From a virus (lineage: Duplodnaviria; Heunggongvirae; Uroviricota; Caudoviricetes): 64,000 nt of DNA. Shown here piece after piece: positions 9,436-17,546 of this stretch (position 1 is the stretch's first letter; the number at the start of each line of letters is the position of its first letter). The stretch lies in the IMG/VR virus record IMGVR_UViG_3300028833_000054, positions 182,482-246,481 of that record; one strand, 5' to 3'. The position numbers were made by a program, and so were the translations under genes. The notes below the pieces were generated by a model, which was given only the letters and a program-made list of their open reading frames with translations, did no database searches and was not told the DNA's origin.

Positions 9436-9720
9436 TTATTTAATTAAAATTGAACTTTCTTCTTTCTTTTCTTCTGTTTCACCAAGGATTTCCTTAGCAG
9501 CTGATTTGCTTACAAATTCATCAGGAATTGTACCACATTTATCGCAAACATAAACAGGAATAGGATACAATTCTTCTTTGCCAGTAGGACTAACAAGAGC
9601 TGACAATTTCTTAAGAATAATAGCTTCTCTAAAAACTTTGCTTCCACATTTCGGACAAACAACATTAGGAGATTTATAAATCGCCTTTGCTGTATTCAAC
9701 ATTTGTAAATTATCTGCCAT
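9436..9720 (-). CDS. Zinc-ribbon protein
   Basis: Two CxxC pairs: CPKCGSK ... CDKCGT. Confidence 0.45.
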   Translation of the reverse strand: MADNLQMLNTAKAIYKSPNVVCPKCGSKVFREAIILKKLSALVSPTGKEELYPIPVYVCDKCGTIPDEFVSKSAAKEILGETEEKKEESSILIK

Positions 9721-9735
9721 GATTATATAAATTAT

Positions 9736-10437
9736 TTATGCATTGATTTCTGGGTCATCTTTATGAATATACTGTTCAATAAACTTGAAATGCCTCTCAT
9801 AAATATGAATACTTCCACATGAAAAAATTATTTCAGGATAAAAATCAACATCAATATTGTTGTCTCTTAAATCCTTTACCAATTTGTTTGCAACATACTG
9901 ATGCCAAGCTAAATCATTCCTGAATCCAAATATTGCATCACAGCTTCTTTGATAAACAATGTAAACAAGCTTTTTATTTCTGACAAACTGATGTGTATAA
10001 CAAGTACACATAAAATCTGACATTCCATTCTTGTTATATTCATACTGCATTTCAGGACGAGTATAAATCATAACAGCTCTTCTTGTATAAGGGTCATCAA
10101 TAAGTTGTCTCAAACAATTTCTGTATTGATTTTTATTCTCTTCACTAAAAATACACCAACCATAATTTGAATTGATGAACCCGTCTTTGTCAGCAACTTG
10201 TTTCCAAACTTCTGGAACTTTACCAGGAATATCATATACATTCAAAGACTGTGACAAATACCAACTAAGTTCTCTTTCAACATAATCTTGATTTACTTGA
10301 TGAAATATTGTATTGTCAGTAGCAATGAAATTCTCACCGACAATTTCAACTGTCTTCCTTCCTTGACTGTCTACTGTAAACTCACCATTCTGATATTTCT
10401 TTGCAAACTCGTGTCTAATATCTTCTACTGTCTTCAT
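9736..10437 (-). CDS. ThyA-fold pyrimidine hydroxymethylase, dCMP-hydroxymethylase type (T4 gp42-like)
   Basis: Strong similarity along its length to the thymidylate synthase/dCMP hydroxymethylase fold: KTVEIVGENFIATD, INSNYGWCIFSEEN, RRAVMIYTRPEMQYEYNKNGMSDFMCT (catalytic Cys), YQRSCDAIFGFRNDLAW. The FGFRND position carries Asp (cytosine-specific dCH type) rather than the Asn of ThyA. Length 233 aa, like gp42 and unlike 264-aa ThyA. Confidence 0.7.
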   Translation of the reverse strand: MKTVEDIRHEFAKKYQNGEFTVDSQGRKTVEIVGENFIATDNTIFHQVNQDYVERELSWYLSQSLNVYDIPGKVPEVWKQVADKDGFINSNYGWCIFSEENKNQYRNCLRQLIDDPYTRRAVMIYTRPEMQYEYNKNGMSDFMCTCYTHQFVRNKKLVYIVYQRSCDAIFGFRNDLAWHQYVANKLVKDLRDNNIDVDFYPEIIFSCGSIHIYERHFKFIEQYIHKDDPEINA

Positions 10438-11057
10438 ATCAATTCTACATTCATTTCTTTTAACTTAGAGAGGATTTCATTACAGATATCATCAATATTA
10501 CGGTAATTACCATCTACTGTCTCTACATTGATTTTCATATAGTATCTCGGATGCAACCTATCCATAATTTCATTAAACAATTTAACCTCTCTTGTAACTG
10601 TCTTCAATCTTTTTTCTGGGTCATATTTTGATGTAAAAGACTTGTCATCATCATGAGATATAACAAATTCTGGACTAGCATCGAGATGAATTACAACTGG
10701 AGTAAAATACAAATTTTTGTTATGAATATCTCTTATCATTTCAAAAATTTTATCTGGGTCACCATTTCTGTAAATTTGTCCATACACATATTCACCAATA
10801 TGACTTCTGTCCATAAATGCGATTGTTTTATTACATCTCTTAAGAACATATTCTTGCATTGCCATTGTACTGCATTTTACAACTGCTTGCTTGAATGTTT
10901 CTCTTTGAACTTCATTTTGGTCTTCACCTTCTTCACATTTCGGCCCAGTAGCATGCATAAGAAAAATATCTGCAACGTTCTTATACTTATCTGCTAATTT
11001 GTTAATGATTGTGCTTTTACCAAGGTTGTCAGCTCCTTCAAATATCAATGTTACCAT
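10434..11057 (-). CDS. Thymidylate-kinase-family dNMP kinase
   Basis: P-loop IFEGADNLGKST and DRS motif (FMDRSHIGEYVYG). 207 aa. Overlaps the hydroxymethylase gene by 4 nt. Confidence 0.65.
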   Translation of the reverse strand: MVTLIFEGADNLGKSTIINKLADKYKNVADIFLMHATGPKCEEGEDQNEVQRETFKQAVVKCSTMAMQEYVLKRCNKTIAFMDRSHIGEYVYGQIYRNGDPDKIFEMIRDIHNKNLYFTPVVIHLDASPEFVISHDDDKSFTSKYDPEKRLKTVTREVKLFNEIMDRLHPRYYMKINVETVDGNYRNIDDICNEILSKLKEMNVELI

Positions 11058-11104
11058 ACTTTACAATTTTCTTGAAAATTATATCAGCACAGCTTTTAAG
11101 ATAT

Positions 11105-11131
11105 TAAAAAAGAGGAGCAAAAGCTCCTCTT
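11105..11131 (-). terminator. Rho-independent terminator-like hairpin
   Basis: aagaggagc/gctcctctt 9-bp stem with a 4-nt loop, flanked by an A-run (a U-run on the minus transcript), 14 nt downstream of the 11145 stop. Confidence 0.55.
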
Positions 11132-11144
11132 AATTGTGTAGTAA

Positions 11145-12206
11145 TTACTCTTCTTCTTTGTTAGGAAGATTGACCTTCTGCAAAGTGTCAGACAAAACAA
11201 TTCTGTACTTGCCGTTGTTTTCGAGAATGTCTGAGATGAATGCACGCATTTCATCATTGACTCTAAATTCGTGATGGTCAAATCTCTCTTCGAAATCCTT
11301 GCTCATTACACTGCGGTGAATAAGACCGCTGAAGATCCATTCTCCTGCATTGTCCTTGAATTGGACAAATACGCCATTCTTTGAAGAACCAGTAACTTTA
11401 CAGCTGACCTCTTGTCCAATTGTAAGTTCTTGTTCAATCTTGGAAGGAAGAATAATTTCGAGATACTTCTTGTAGCTGACAACAAATCCAGAGAAAGGAA
11501 GATAGTTGACAATCATAACAGGAATTGTCTTTCCAAGAAGAGCTTCAAAATCAGTAAGAATTCCAGCAGCTGCAAGTGAACCAGGCAAGAAGCACTTAAT
11601 TCCTTGGATATCAACGATATAACCACCGTTATTGATTTCCTTTACAGTTGCATAGTAAGCAGAAGTAGGATTCTTAATCTGTGCAACAAACTCTGCTTCA
11701 ATCTTAGCAAGATGACCGTCCCAAAGTGATACACGACCATTGTCCATAACCTTAGCATTAAGGTTGCTTTCAATAAGTGACTTCTTGAAATCAGGACGAG
11801 TCTTTACAGCAGCAACAAACAAATCGACAGACCTGCAGTTGAGAGTATCAAGATACTGTTTCTCCTTATTGAGGTCAATGACAGCTGACATTCCATTGAC
11901 AGTATCAATTGAAATCTCATGGTCAGAAACTGCTCTGACATCAGTAACAGAATAAACTGTTCCCTTCAATGCGTCCTTAGGATTGAACTTGTTGCTTCCA
12001 TCCATGTGTGCCTCATACATATCATACAACTCTTGTGCATAAGGCTCATGACAATAAACTTTGTCGTTTTGTGATTTTACCTTGACTGATTTGTTGACGA
12101 CAAGAGAATTACCTCCCTTATAACCGTTGTCATACAATGACCAATCAAAATTGTCATCTGACTTGGCAAGTATTTTACCAGTTAAAACAGTCTTTGTTTT
12201 TCCCAT
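11145..12206 (-). CDS. S1-domain RNA-binding protein (at least two S1/OB repeats)
   Basis: GTVYSVTDVRAVSDHEISIDTVNGMSAVIDLNKE and GQEVSCKVTGSSKNGVFVQFKDNAGEWIFSGLIHRSVMS...KYRIVLS fit the S1 pattern G.V.G.V....G.FV.....GL.H.S ... LS. Confidence 0.5.
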   Translation of the reverse strand: MGKTKTVLTGKILAKSDDNFDWSLYDNGYKGGNSLVVNKSVKVKSQNDKVYCHEPYAQELYDMYEAHMDGSNKFNPKDALKGTVYSVTDVRAVSDHEISIDTVNGMSAVIDLNKEKQYLDTLNCRSVDLFVAAVKTRPDFKKSLIESNLNAKVMDNGRVSLWDGHLAKIEAEFVAQIKNPTSAYYATVKEINNGGYIVDIQGIKCFLPGSLAAAGILTDFEALLGKTIPVMIVNYLPFSGFVVSYKKYLEIILPSKIEQELTIGQEVSCKVTGSSKNGVFVQFKDNAGEWIFSGLIHRSVMSKDFEERFDHHEFRVNDEMRAFISDILENNGKYRIVLSDTLQKVNLPNKEEE

Positions 12207-12208
12207 AC

Positions 12209-13096
12209 TTAACCTTCATTAATAATAGAAATAACAACCTTTGTGGTGGTAGTAGTAGAATCAAACAAAATTCTATCTACAACATAATCACCAGATGGAG
12301 TAGGACGGCGACCAAGAATAATTTTGTAAGTTTCATCAGTCTTATCCATCATATCAATGAACTTTGCTCTGAAGATAGATGCCTTGATTGCATAATCAGG
12401 AGCAGTTTCAAGCTCACCAATCTTATATACAAAGTTAGAAGGCTTATCCTTTGCAATATAGTCCTTGACGTAAACGTCCTTTCCTTCAACATAGAAAACC
12501 AATGCATCCTTTCTGTCATCAACCTTGATAATATCAGAGGTCTTAATGATTGAAGAAATAGTTGCAGCAGAAAGTTCTAGTGAAACGGGGTCCTGTACGG
12601 AGAAAACTGCATTATTGAACTTCTCATCAGACAAATACTGAAGTTCAGAAATTCTGAATCCGTCCATCTTCATCTTGAGGATGTCAGAAACAAACGAGAT
12701 AGATGTTGTCACATAATCTTCTGTGCCGTCTTGATTCTTCAAAACGTCATAAGCAATGACAATATCGAAATTAGAGTTACCCTTATCATCAACAGAAGCA
12801 CCAAAGCGCTCTACAATTTTGATAAGTTTTGGAAGTTGAATAAGAATGCCGGCCTTAATTCGATTCTCGCCGAGCTCCTTTTCCCCATCATGTTCAACAA
12901 CTGTCATATGACAGTCATCGAATGTAATCGATGAGAATCTCACACTGCCGCGGTCTTCAGAAAATGTTTTCGCGACAAATGCTTTGAGATTTGTGTCGAT
13001 TTCTATCAACAAACTTGGACGAATCTTTGCAAAATTCTTCAAGTAGTTGACAAACGGATCAACACTACCGTTAAGATTTAATTTTAACTGCATCAA
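12209..13096 (-). CDS. Hypothetical protein; possible gp45-like sliding clamp
   Basis: 295-aa ORF. N-terminal LKNFAKI resembles T4 gp45 LLKNFATI. The position in the replication module fits. Otherwise weak. Confidence 0.3.
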   Translation of the reverse strand: MMQLKLNLNGSVDPFVNYLKNFAKIRPSLLIEIDTNLKAFVAKTFSEDRGSVRFSSITFDDCHMTVVEHDGEKELGENRIKAGILIQLPKLIKIVERFGASVDDKGNSNFDIVIAYDVLKNQDGTEDYVTTSISFVSDILKMKMDGFRISELQYLSDEKFNNAVFSVQDPVSLELSAATISSIIKTSDIIKVDDRKDALVFYVEGKDVYVKDYIAKDKPSNFVYKIGELETAPDYAIKASIFRAKFIDMMDKTDETYKIILGRRPTPSGDYVVDRILFDSTTTTTKVVISIINEG

Positions 13097-13158
13097 GCAA
13101 AGTGTTTTAAAAGATTAAACATAATTCAAGCATTTAAAATGCTTTGAAATAATATATG

Positions 13159-13185
13159 AAAAAAGCAAGAATGATTAATTCTTGC
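13159..13185 (-). terminator. Terminator-like hairpin overlapping the 3' end of the tail-fibre gene
   Basis: gcaagaat/attcttgc 8-bp stem around the stop codon, with a 6-nt A-run on the plus side (U6 on the minus transcript). A second hairpin, aagcat/atgctt, lies at 13128-13144. Confidence 0.45.
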
Positions 13186-14161
13186 TTGATTTCAAAGTTT
13201 CAATTTGTGCTTCTAATTCTGTTATTCTCTCATGTAGTTTATCAATTGCGGCAAGAGCAATAACAGAAAGTTTAGAATAATCTACTGCTAAATGACCGTC
13301 TGTAGATGTTACAATTTCTGGATATAATGCTTCAACAGTTTGAGCAGAAACACCAATATTTGAAATCTTATCAGGGTCTGATCTCCAATAGAATATACCC
13401 TTTTTAATTGTTGCAAGATTATCTAAATTTATATCAATATTTCCAGTAAATGTCTTAAGAGTCTCATCTGAAGCGTGATATAAATTTCCAGCTCTGAAAT
13501 AAATTCTTTGGTCATAATATAATTTACTTGGAGCTGTATCATTGTCATATACTGTATTATTTGCAACTAAATAATAATTAGTAGTATTATCATCAATATT
13601 TGCTTTTGAAAGCATTGCTCCTGCCGCACCCCAAGTTATAGCTCCACTAGAATTCAAAATAAGTGCTTGATTGTATGCTTTTTGTTCTGGAACTTCATAA
13701 TAAACTGTATTTTGTTCACCGGTTCCAGTAATTGACAAAATAGGAACATATTTTGACTGAGGTGTAACAGTTCCAGCATTGTATAATGAATCTGCATATT
13801 TTACCCTTGAGTGAAACTGTCCATCTCCTCCAAAAACAGTAGTTGCTACATCACCCGCTGAACTTCCACCTGTGCCTTCATTCTTTGCAAGAACTTTGAA
13901 CTTTCCTGCAGCATTGTTACTATCACTGTTATCCCATATCAAAAGATATTGATTATCTGATATTTTACTTTCTGCGTTTTGAGAAGTGTTAAAAATATCA
14001 GTATTCATCTTTTCATATATCAAATTCATTCCTGCAGTCTCTTTGTCCTTTTCACATATACAATCAAGCAATGTAAAAGGTGCTAATGTATTAGCAGCAT
14101 AATCTACCAATGTTTGCGGAGTATAAGAACCACTTTGGAATTTTATATTGTTGTCTGCCAT
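13175..14161 (-). CDS. Tail fibre/spike protein with C-terminal intramolecular-chaperone (peptidase S74-like) domain
   Basis: The C-terminal ~110 aa, ASDETLK...ISNIGVSAQTVEALYPEIVTSTDGHLAVDYSKLSVIALAAIDKLHERITELEAQ, matches the auto-cleaving chaperone domain of endosialidase-type fibres (Ser-Lys dyad, GFIAQE-like, VDY motif). Confidence 0.6.
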   Translation of the reverse strand: MADNNIKFQSGSYTPQTLVDYAANTLAPFTLLDCICEKDKETAGMNLIYEKMNTDIFNTSQNAESKISDNQYLLIWDNSDSNNAAGKFKVLAKNEGTGGSSAGDVATTVFGGDGQFHSRVKYADSLYNAGTVTPQSKYVPILSITGTGEQNTVYYEVPEQKAYNQALILNSSGAITWGAAGAMLSKANIDDNTTNYYLVANNTVYDNDTAPSKLYYDQRIYFRAGNLYHASDETLKTFTGNIDINLDNLATIKKGIFYWRSDPDKISNIGVSAQTVEALYPEIVTSTDGHLAVDYSKLSVIALAAIDKLHERITELEAQIETLKSSKN

Positions 14162-14199
14162 GTTATAGTATTTCTCTTTAATTATTTATTTTAGATATA

Positions 14200-16053
14200 T
14201 TAAGACCTTCCTCTCAAGGTAATGTTTATTGGTCCTACAAGAGAATCCAATGATGTTCCATATTCAATTCCTTGTGATGAAGTAAATCCTCCTCTGAATA
14301 TAGGTTGTAAATCATTTATTTCTACAATATTTCCTAATTTGTCTTTTACCAATCTTGTAAGAACAATATCACCGTATTCATCTATTCCGTAATTTCCTTC
14401 ACCATAATAATATGAATTGTTCTTATCAGCATCAAAGAATATTGAAACAGAGTCAACACCTGCAACAGATTCTACTATTCTTACTAAATCAGAAACTGGA
14501 AGTCTGTCACGTCTTGTATTCTTAATAAAGTAATTTGACAATACAGTAATTATAGCACTTTTAACAGCATTGAAATTATAATTAGCCCAAATTTGAACAA
14601 AGATATTAACTGCAAAGTTTACAAATATAGGGTCAAGAATTCTGTTTTCTACTGTTATAATCTTTTGTCCTGAGTCATCAATAAGATTGATAATTCCTTG
14701 TTTCTCATCTTCTGTCAATAAGAATCTATCCTTTGAACAAGTGAAATAATTTTCACCAGTATTTATACGTTTGCTTATGTCAGGAACAAGATACAAATAA
14801 ACAATATTGTCATCTAACTTGGAATCATCATATTTCTCTTTAAGAATATCATACTCATTCTGTGCTTCAATCATTTGGTCATAAGCTTCTTCTGCTGCTT
14901 CAGAATTCTTTCCTGTGAGATTAACTTGTGCCATATAAGTTTCTTTTGTATACTCATACTTGTTCTTTGCTGTCAAATATTCTTTTTCAATCTTTGAATC
15001 TTCAACAGTATCAAATCCGCTGAATGCATCAATAATTGAGAACATATTCAATTTTGTTAAGAAATATCTGTAATTAATAGCATTTGCAAGAACAAAGCTT
15101 CTTGAAACATGAGGTGCAAGTTGTCTTGTTATTTCTATTGCTTCTTTTTCTGCACCAAACAATACTTCAGATGCAGATGAAAGAGTATATATACTGTTCA
15201 AATCAATTATATTTCCTTCAACATCATAACCACCTTCATCAAATGTCCAATAATTAACATCATCATTTTCAAGAATATTTCCAAGTGGACCAGCAGAAAC
15301 AATATATTCACAAAGAATTGATGCTCCCTTTTCAGGAACTGCACCAGAATTTCCTGTTCCAAAGAATACATCTATTCCTCCGTTAAAGGCAGGTTTGACA
15401 ATGCATGCTTTTTGCTCATATCCCATATCTAATAATGATGGAACTGCCATCCAAAGTTCTCCATTAACATAAATATTAACAAAGAAATTATCAACAAGTT
15501 CATTTGCTTTATTTGCAAAATTGAAAGATTGCAAAGCATAACCAGTTCCAGTAGCTTGTTGATACTTCAATTCACCTTGAATAATAGGAATTTCTATCTT
15601 ATTGTCATGAGCACCAACAGTAAGTCTCATATGTTTTCCAGGAAAAACTGCCATATAAGTCAAACCGTTTGAAGTATTTCTAATTTTTGTGAAATTGTTT
15701 ATTCTTATTGTTTGACCTGCTAAATCACTGCTATTATTGTATGTCATATACAATGCACCTCTTGCAGCAAGACCGGTTGAAGGAGTGTGACCTGCAAGAG
15801 AAGCAAGACCTCTGATAGATCTCTCGTGGAATGCTGTAGCGATATTAAGTTCAGTTATAGATGTTTCAATATAATACAATATCATTCTTCCGAGATGAAG
15901 AACAACATTTATAAGTTGAGCAAAAGGTGAAGCGATTGTAAATTCTTGATTGTTTAACTTATAAACATTTCTCAAATATTCATATACATCATCACGAAGC
16001 TCATTGAATCTTAATCTATTCGCTTTAAATATTTTAAATTCAGGAGTCATCAA
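14200..16053 (-). CDS. Hypothetical large protein (possible virion/baseplate component)
   Basis: 617-aa ORF adjacent to the fibre gene. No clear motifs. Confidence 0.45.
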   Translation of the reverse strand: MMTPEFKIFKANRLRFNELRDDVYEYLRNVYKLNNQEFTIASPFAQLINVVLHLGRMILYYIETSITELNIATAFHERSIRGLASLAGHTPSTGLAARGALYMTYNNSSDLAGQTIRINNFTKIRNTSNGLTYMAVFPGKHMRLTVGAHDNKIEIPIIQGELKYQQATGTGYALQSFNFANKANELVDNFFVNIYVNGELWMAVPSLLDMGYEQKACIVKPAFNGGIDVFFGTGNSGAVPEKGASILCEYIVSAGPLGNILENDDVNYWTFDEGGYDVEGNIIDLNSIYTLSSASEVLFGAEKEAIEITRQLAPHVSRSFVLANAINYRYFLTKLNMFSIIDAFSGFDTVEDSKIEKEYLTAKNKYEYTKETYMAQVNLTGKNSEAAEEAYDQMIEAQNEYDILKEKYDDSKLDDNIVYLYLVPDISKRINTGENYFTCSKDRFLLTEDEKQGIINLIDDSGQKIITVENRILDPIFVNFAVNIFVQIWANYNFNAVKSAIITVLSNYFIKNTRRDRLPVSDLVRIVESVAGVDSVSIFFDADKNNSYYYGEGNYGIDEYGDIVLTRLVKDKLGNIVEINDLQPIFRGGFTSSQGIEYGTSLDSLVGPINITLRGRS

Positions 16054-16133
16054 TAACTAATATCATTTGAATATTTATCTTGCTAATTTGTATACCAAAA
16101 ATCTCATACAACCAATAAATATACAAATATAAC

Positions 16134-16520
16134 TTGATTTGTATGAAGAAACTATTTGCTTTATTAGTTGCAGTTTCATTATTATCAGGATGTGGTCTTA
16201 TTCAAAAGATTTCACATAAGGACCAAAATAACACTGATGTAGAAAATACTCTCGGTGTTTCTTATATGAGATTTACTATGAACAAAGTTCTTGGTATTTC
16301 CCAGGTAGATTCTATGATTGTTGCAGACCATCTTACTCCTCTTAATGAATGGCTTTATGCCCCAATTGTTGGAGAAGATAAGAAGGCAATTTCTCAGTAC
16401 ATGTATATAAAATCTCTTGAAGAGGACAATGAATTGATTTATGTAGTAACTCAGACAAAAGTTGATACTTTGTTTAAATGTACAAAGAGAATAACAGAAA
16501 AAGTAATGCTTGATGAATAA
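16134..16520 (+). CDS. Lipoprotein (signal peptide plus lipobox)
   Basis: MKKLFALLVAVSLLSGCGL. The likely true start is at 16143 (MKKLF). Confidence 0.55.
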   Translation: MICMKKLFALLVAVSLLSGCGLIQKISHKDQNNTDVENTLGVSYMRFTMNKVLGISQVDSMIVADHLTPLNEWLYAPIVGEDKKAISQYMYIKSLEEDNELIYVVTQTKVDTLFKCTKRITEKVMLDE

Positions 16521-17196
16521 TATGAAAGAGATGGTATTCGGTTTTGTTCCAACACAATTTGATGGTACTGAATATGTAATTACTGAGGAGAATCTTGGTA
16601 CACTTCCTCTCCCTAATGCATATTCATATCTTCCATTTATGTCTCCTATTATGGACCAAGGCAGTGCTTCTACTTGTGTTCCTCACTCTATCAGTGCAGT
16701 ATATGATTATTATATTGCAATGAATCATCCTGAACTTACAAATAATGGTAAATTTGCAAACTCTGGTATTTCAATCCAACAAATTTATAAAAGCAGAACA
16801 AATTACGGTGATGGAATGTCATACAAAGAAGCATTTAAGTTCTGTCTTCACAAAGGTGTAGTATCAGAGCAGGATTACAAAAACAAGAAGTTTGACAATC
16901 CTATGAAGATTTACATGTACGGCCGTGTAATGTCAATTGGTGTTCTTAAAAGAGCAATTGTTGCAAACGGTCCTTGTCCTATTGCTACAATGGTAAGAAG
17001 TCTTGATAGAGATGATTTCTGGAACGGCAGTGGAAACTATGGCGGCCATGCAACTTGTTTGATTGGATATTCTGACAAGAAAGAAGCTTTTATACTTAGA
17101 AATTCTTGGGGAAGGTCATTTGGTTCTGGCGGATATGTTTGGTTCCCTTATTCTGATTTTGAGAAGATTCTTGAAGCTTGGACTGTGTTAATATAA
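16510..17196 (+). CDS. Papain-like cysteine peptidase (C1 family)
   Basis: QGSASTCVPHSISAV (Q-G-x-x-x-x-C...S, catalytic Cys), GGHATCLIGYSD (His) and FILRNSWGRSFGSGGYVWFPY (Asn-Ser-Trp-Gly), in papain order and spacing. Confidence 0.7.
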   Translation: MMNNMKEMVFGFVPTQFDGTEYVITEENLGTLPLPNAYSYLPFMSPIMDQGSASTCVPHSISAVYDYYIAMNHPELTNNGKFANSGISIQQIYKSRTNYGDGMSYKEAFKFCLHKGVVSEQDYKNKKFDNPMKIYMYGRVMSIGVLKRAIVANGPCPIATMVRSLDRDDFWNGSGNYGGHATCLIGYSDKKEAFILRNSWGRSFGSGGYVWFPYSDFEKILEAWTVLI

Positions 17197-17223
17197 AAAA
17201 TCCTATATAAAAAATTTCCTATA

Positions 17224-17246
17224 AGAGAGGCTAAGCCTCTCTTTTG
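17224..17246 (+). terminator. Rho-independent terminator-like hairpin
   Basis: agagaggc/gcctctct 8-bp stem with a 3-nt loop, followed by tttgcatttt. Confidence 0.55.
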
Positions 17247-17293
17247 CATTTTATATATTGACCAATAAATAATAAAATAGAAATTTTCACTCA

Positions 17294-17545
17294 ATGATTA
17301 AGAGAAATAAAGTGAATGCAAGGTATATCTCTGAACACGCACAAGATGTTTATACTGATTTGGGATTTGACTATAGAGGAAAATTGTTTGCACGAACATC
17401 TTCCCCTATAATATTCCGAAATATAAACAACTTTTATTTCATTGGTCAAATAGATAAGATGATATCATTACTAGTAGATATGACAAAACAGATAAAGTTG
17501 CAGTATATGATTTCATTACATAAAAATGATAGAAACGTAAATTAA
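17294..17545 (+). CDS. Hypothetical protein
   Basis: 83-aa ORF immediately upstream of the giant gene, separated from it by 1 nt. Confidence 0.35.
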   Translation: MIKRNKVNARYISEHAQDVYTDLGFDYRGKLFARTSSPIIFRNINNFYFIGQIDKMISLLVDMTKQIKLQYMISLHKNDRNVN

Positions 17546-17546
17546 T

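Noticed and set aside
12209-13096. Confident assignment of the 295-aa ORF as the sliding clamp
   Set aside because: Only a short N-terminal LKNFA resemblance and the positional argument support it. I kept it as a low-confidence call rather than a finding.
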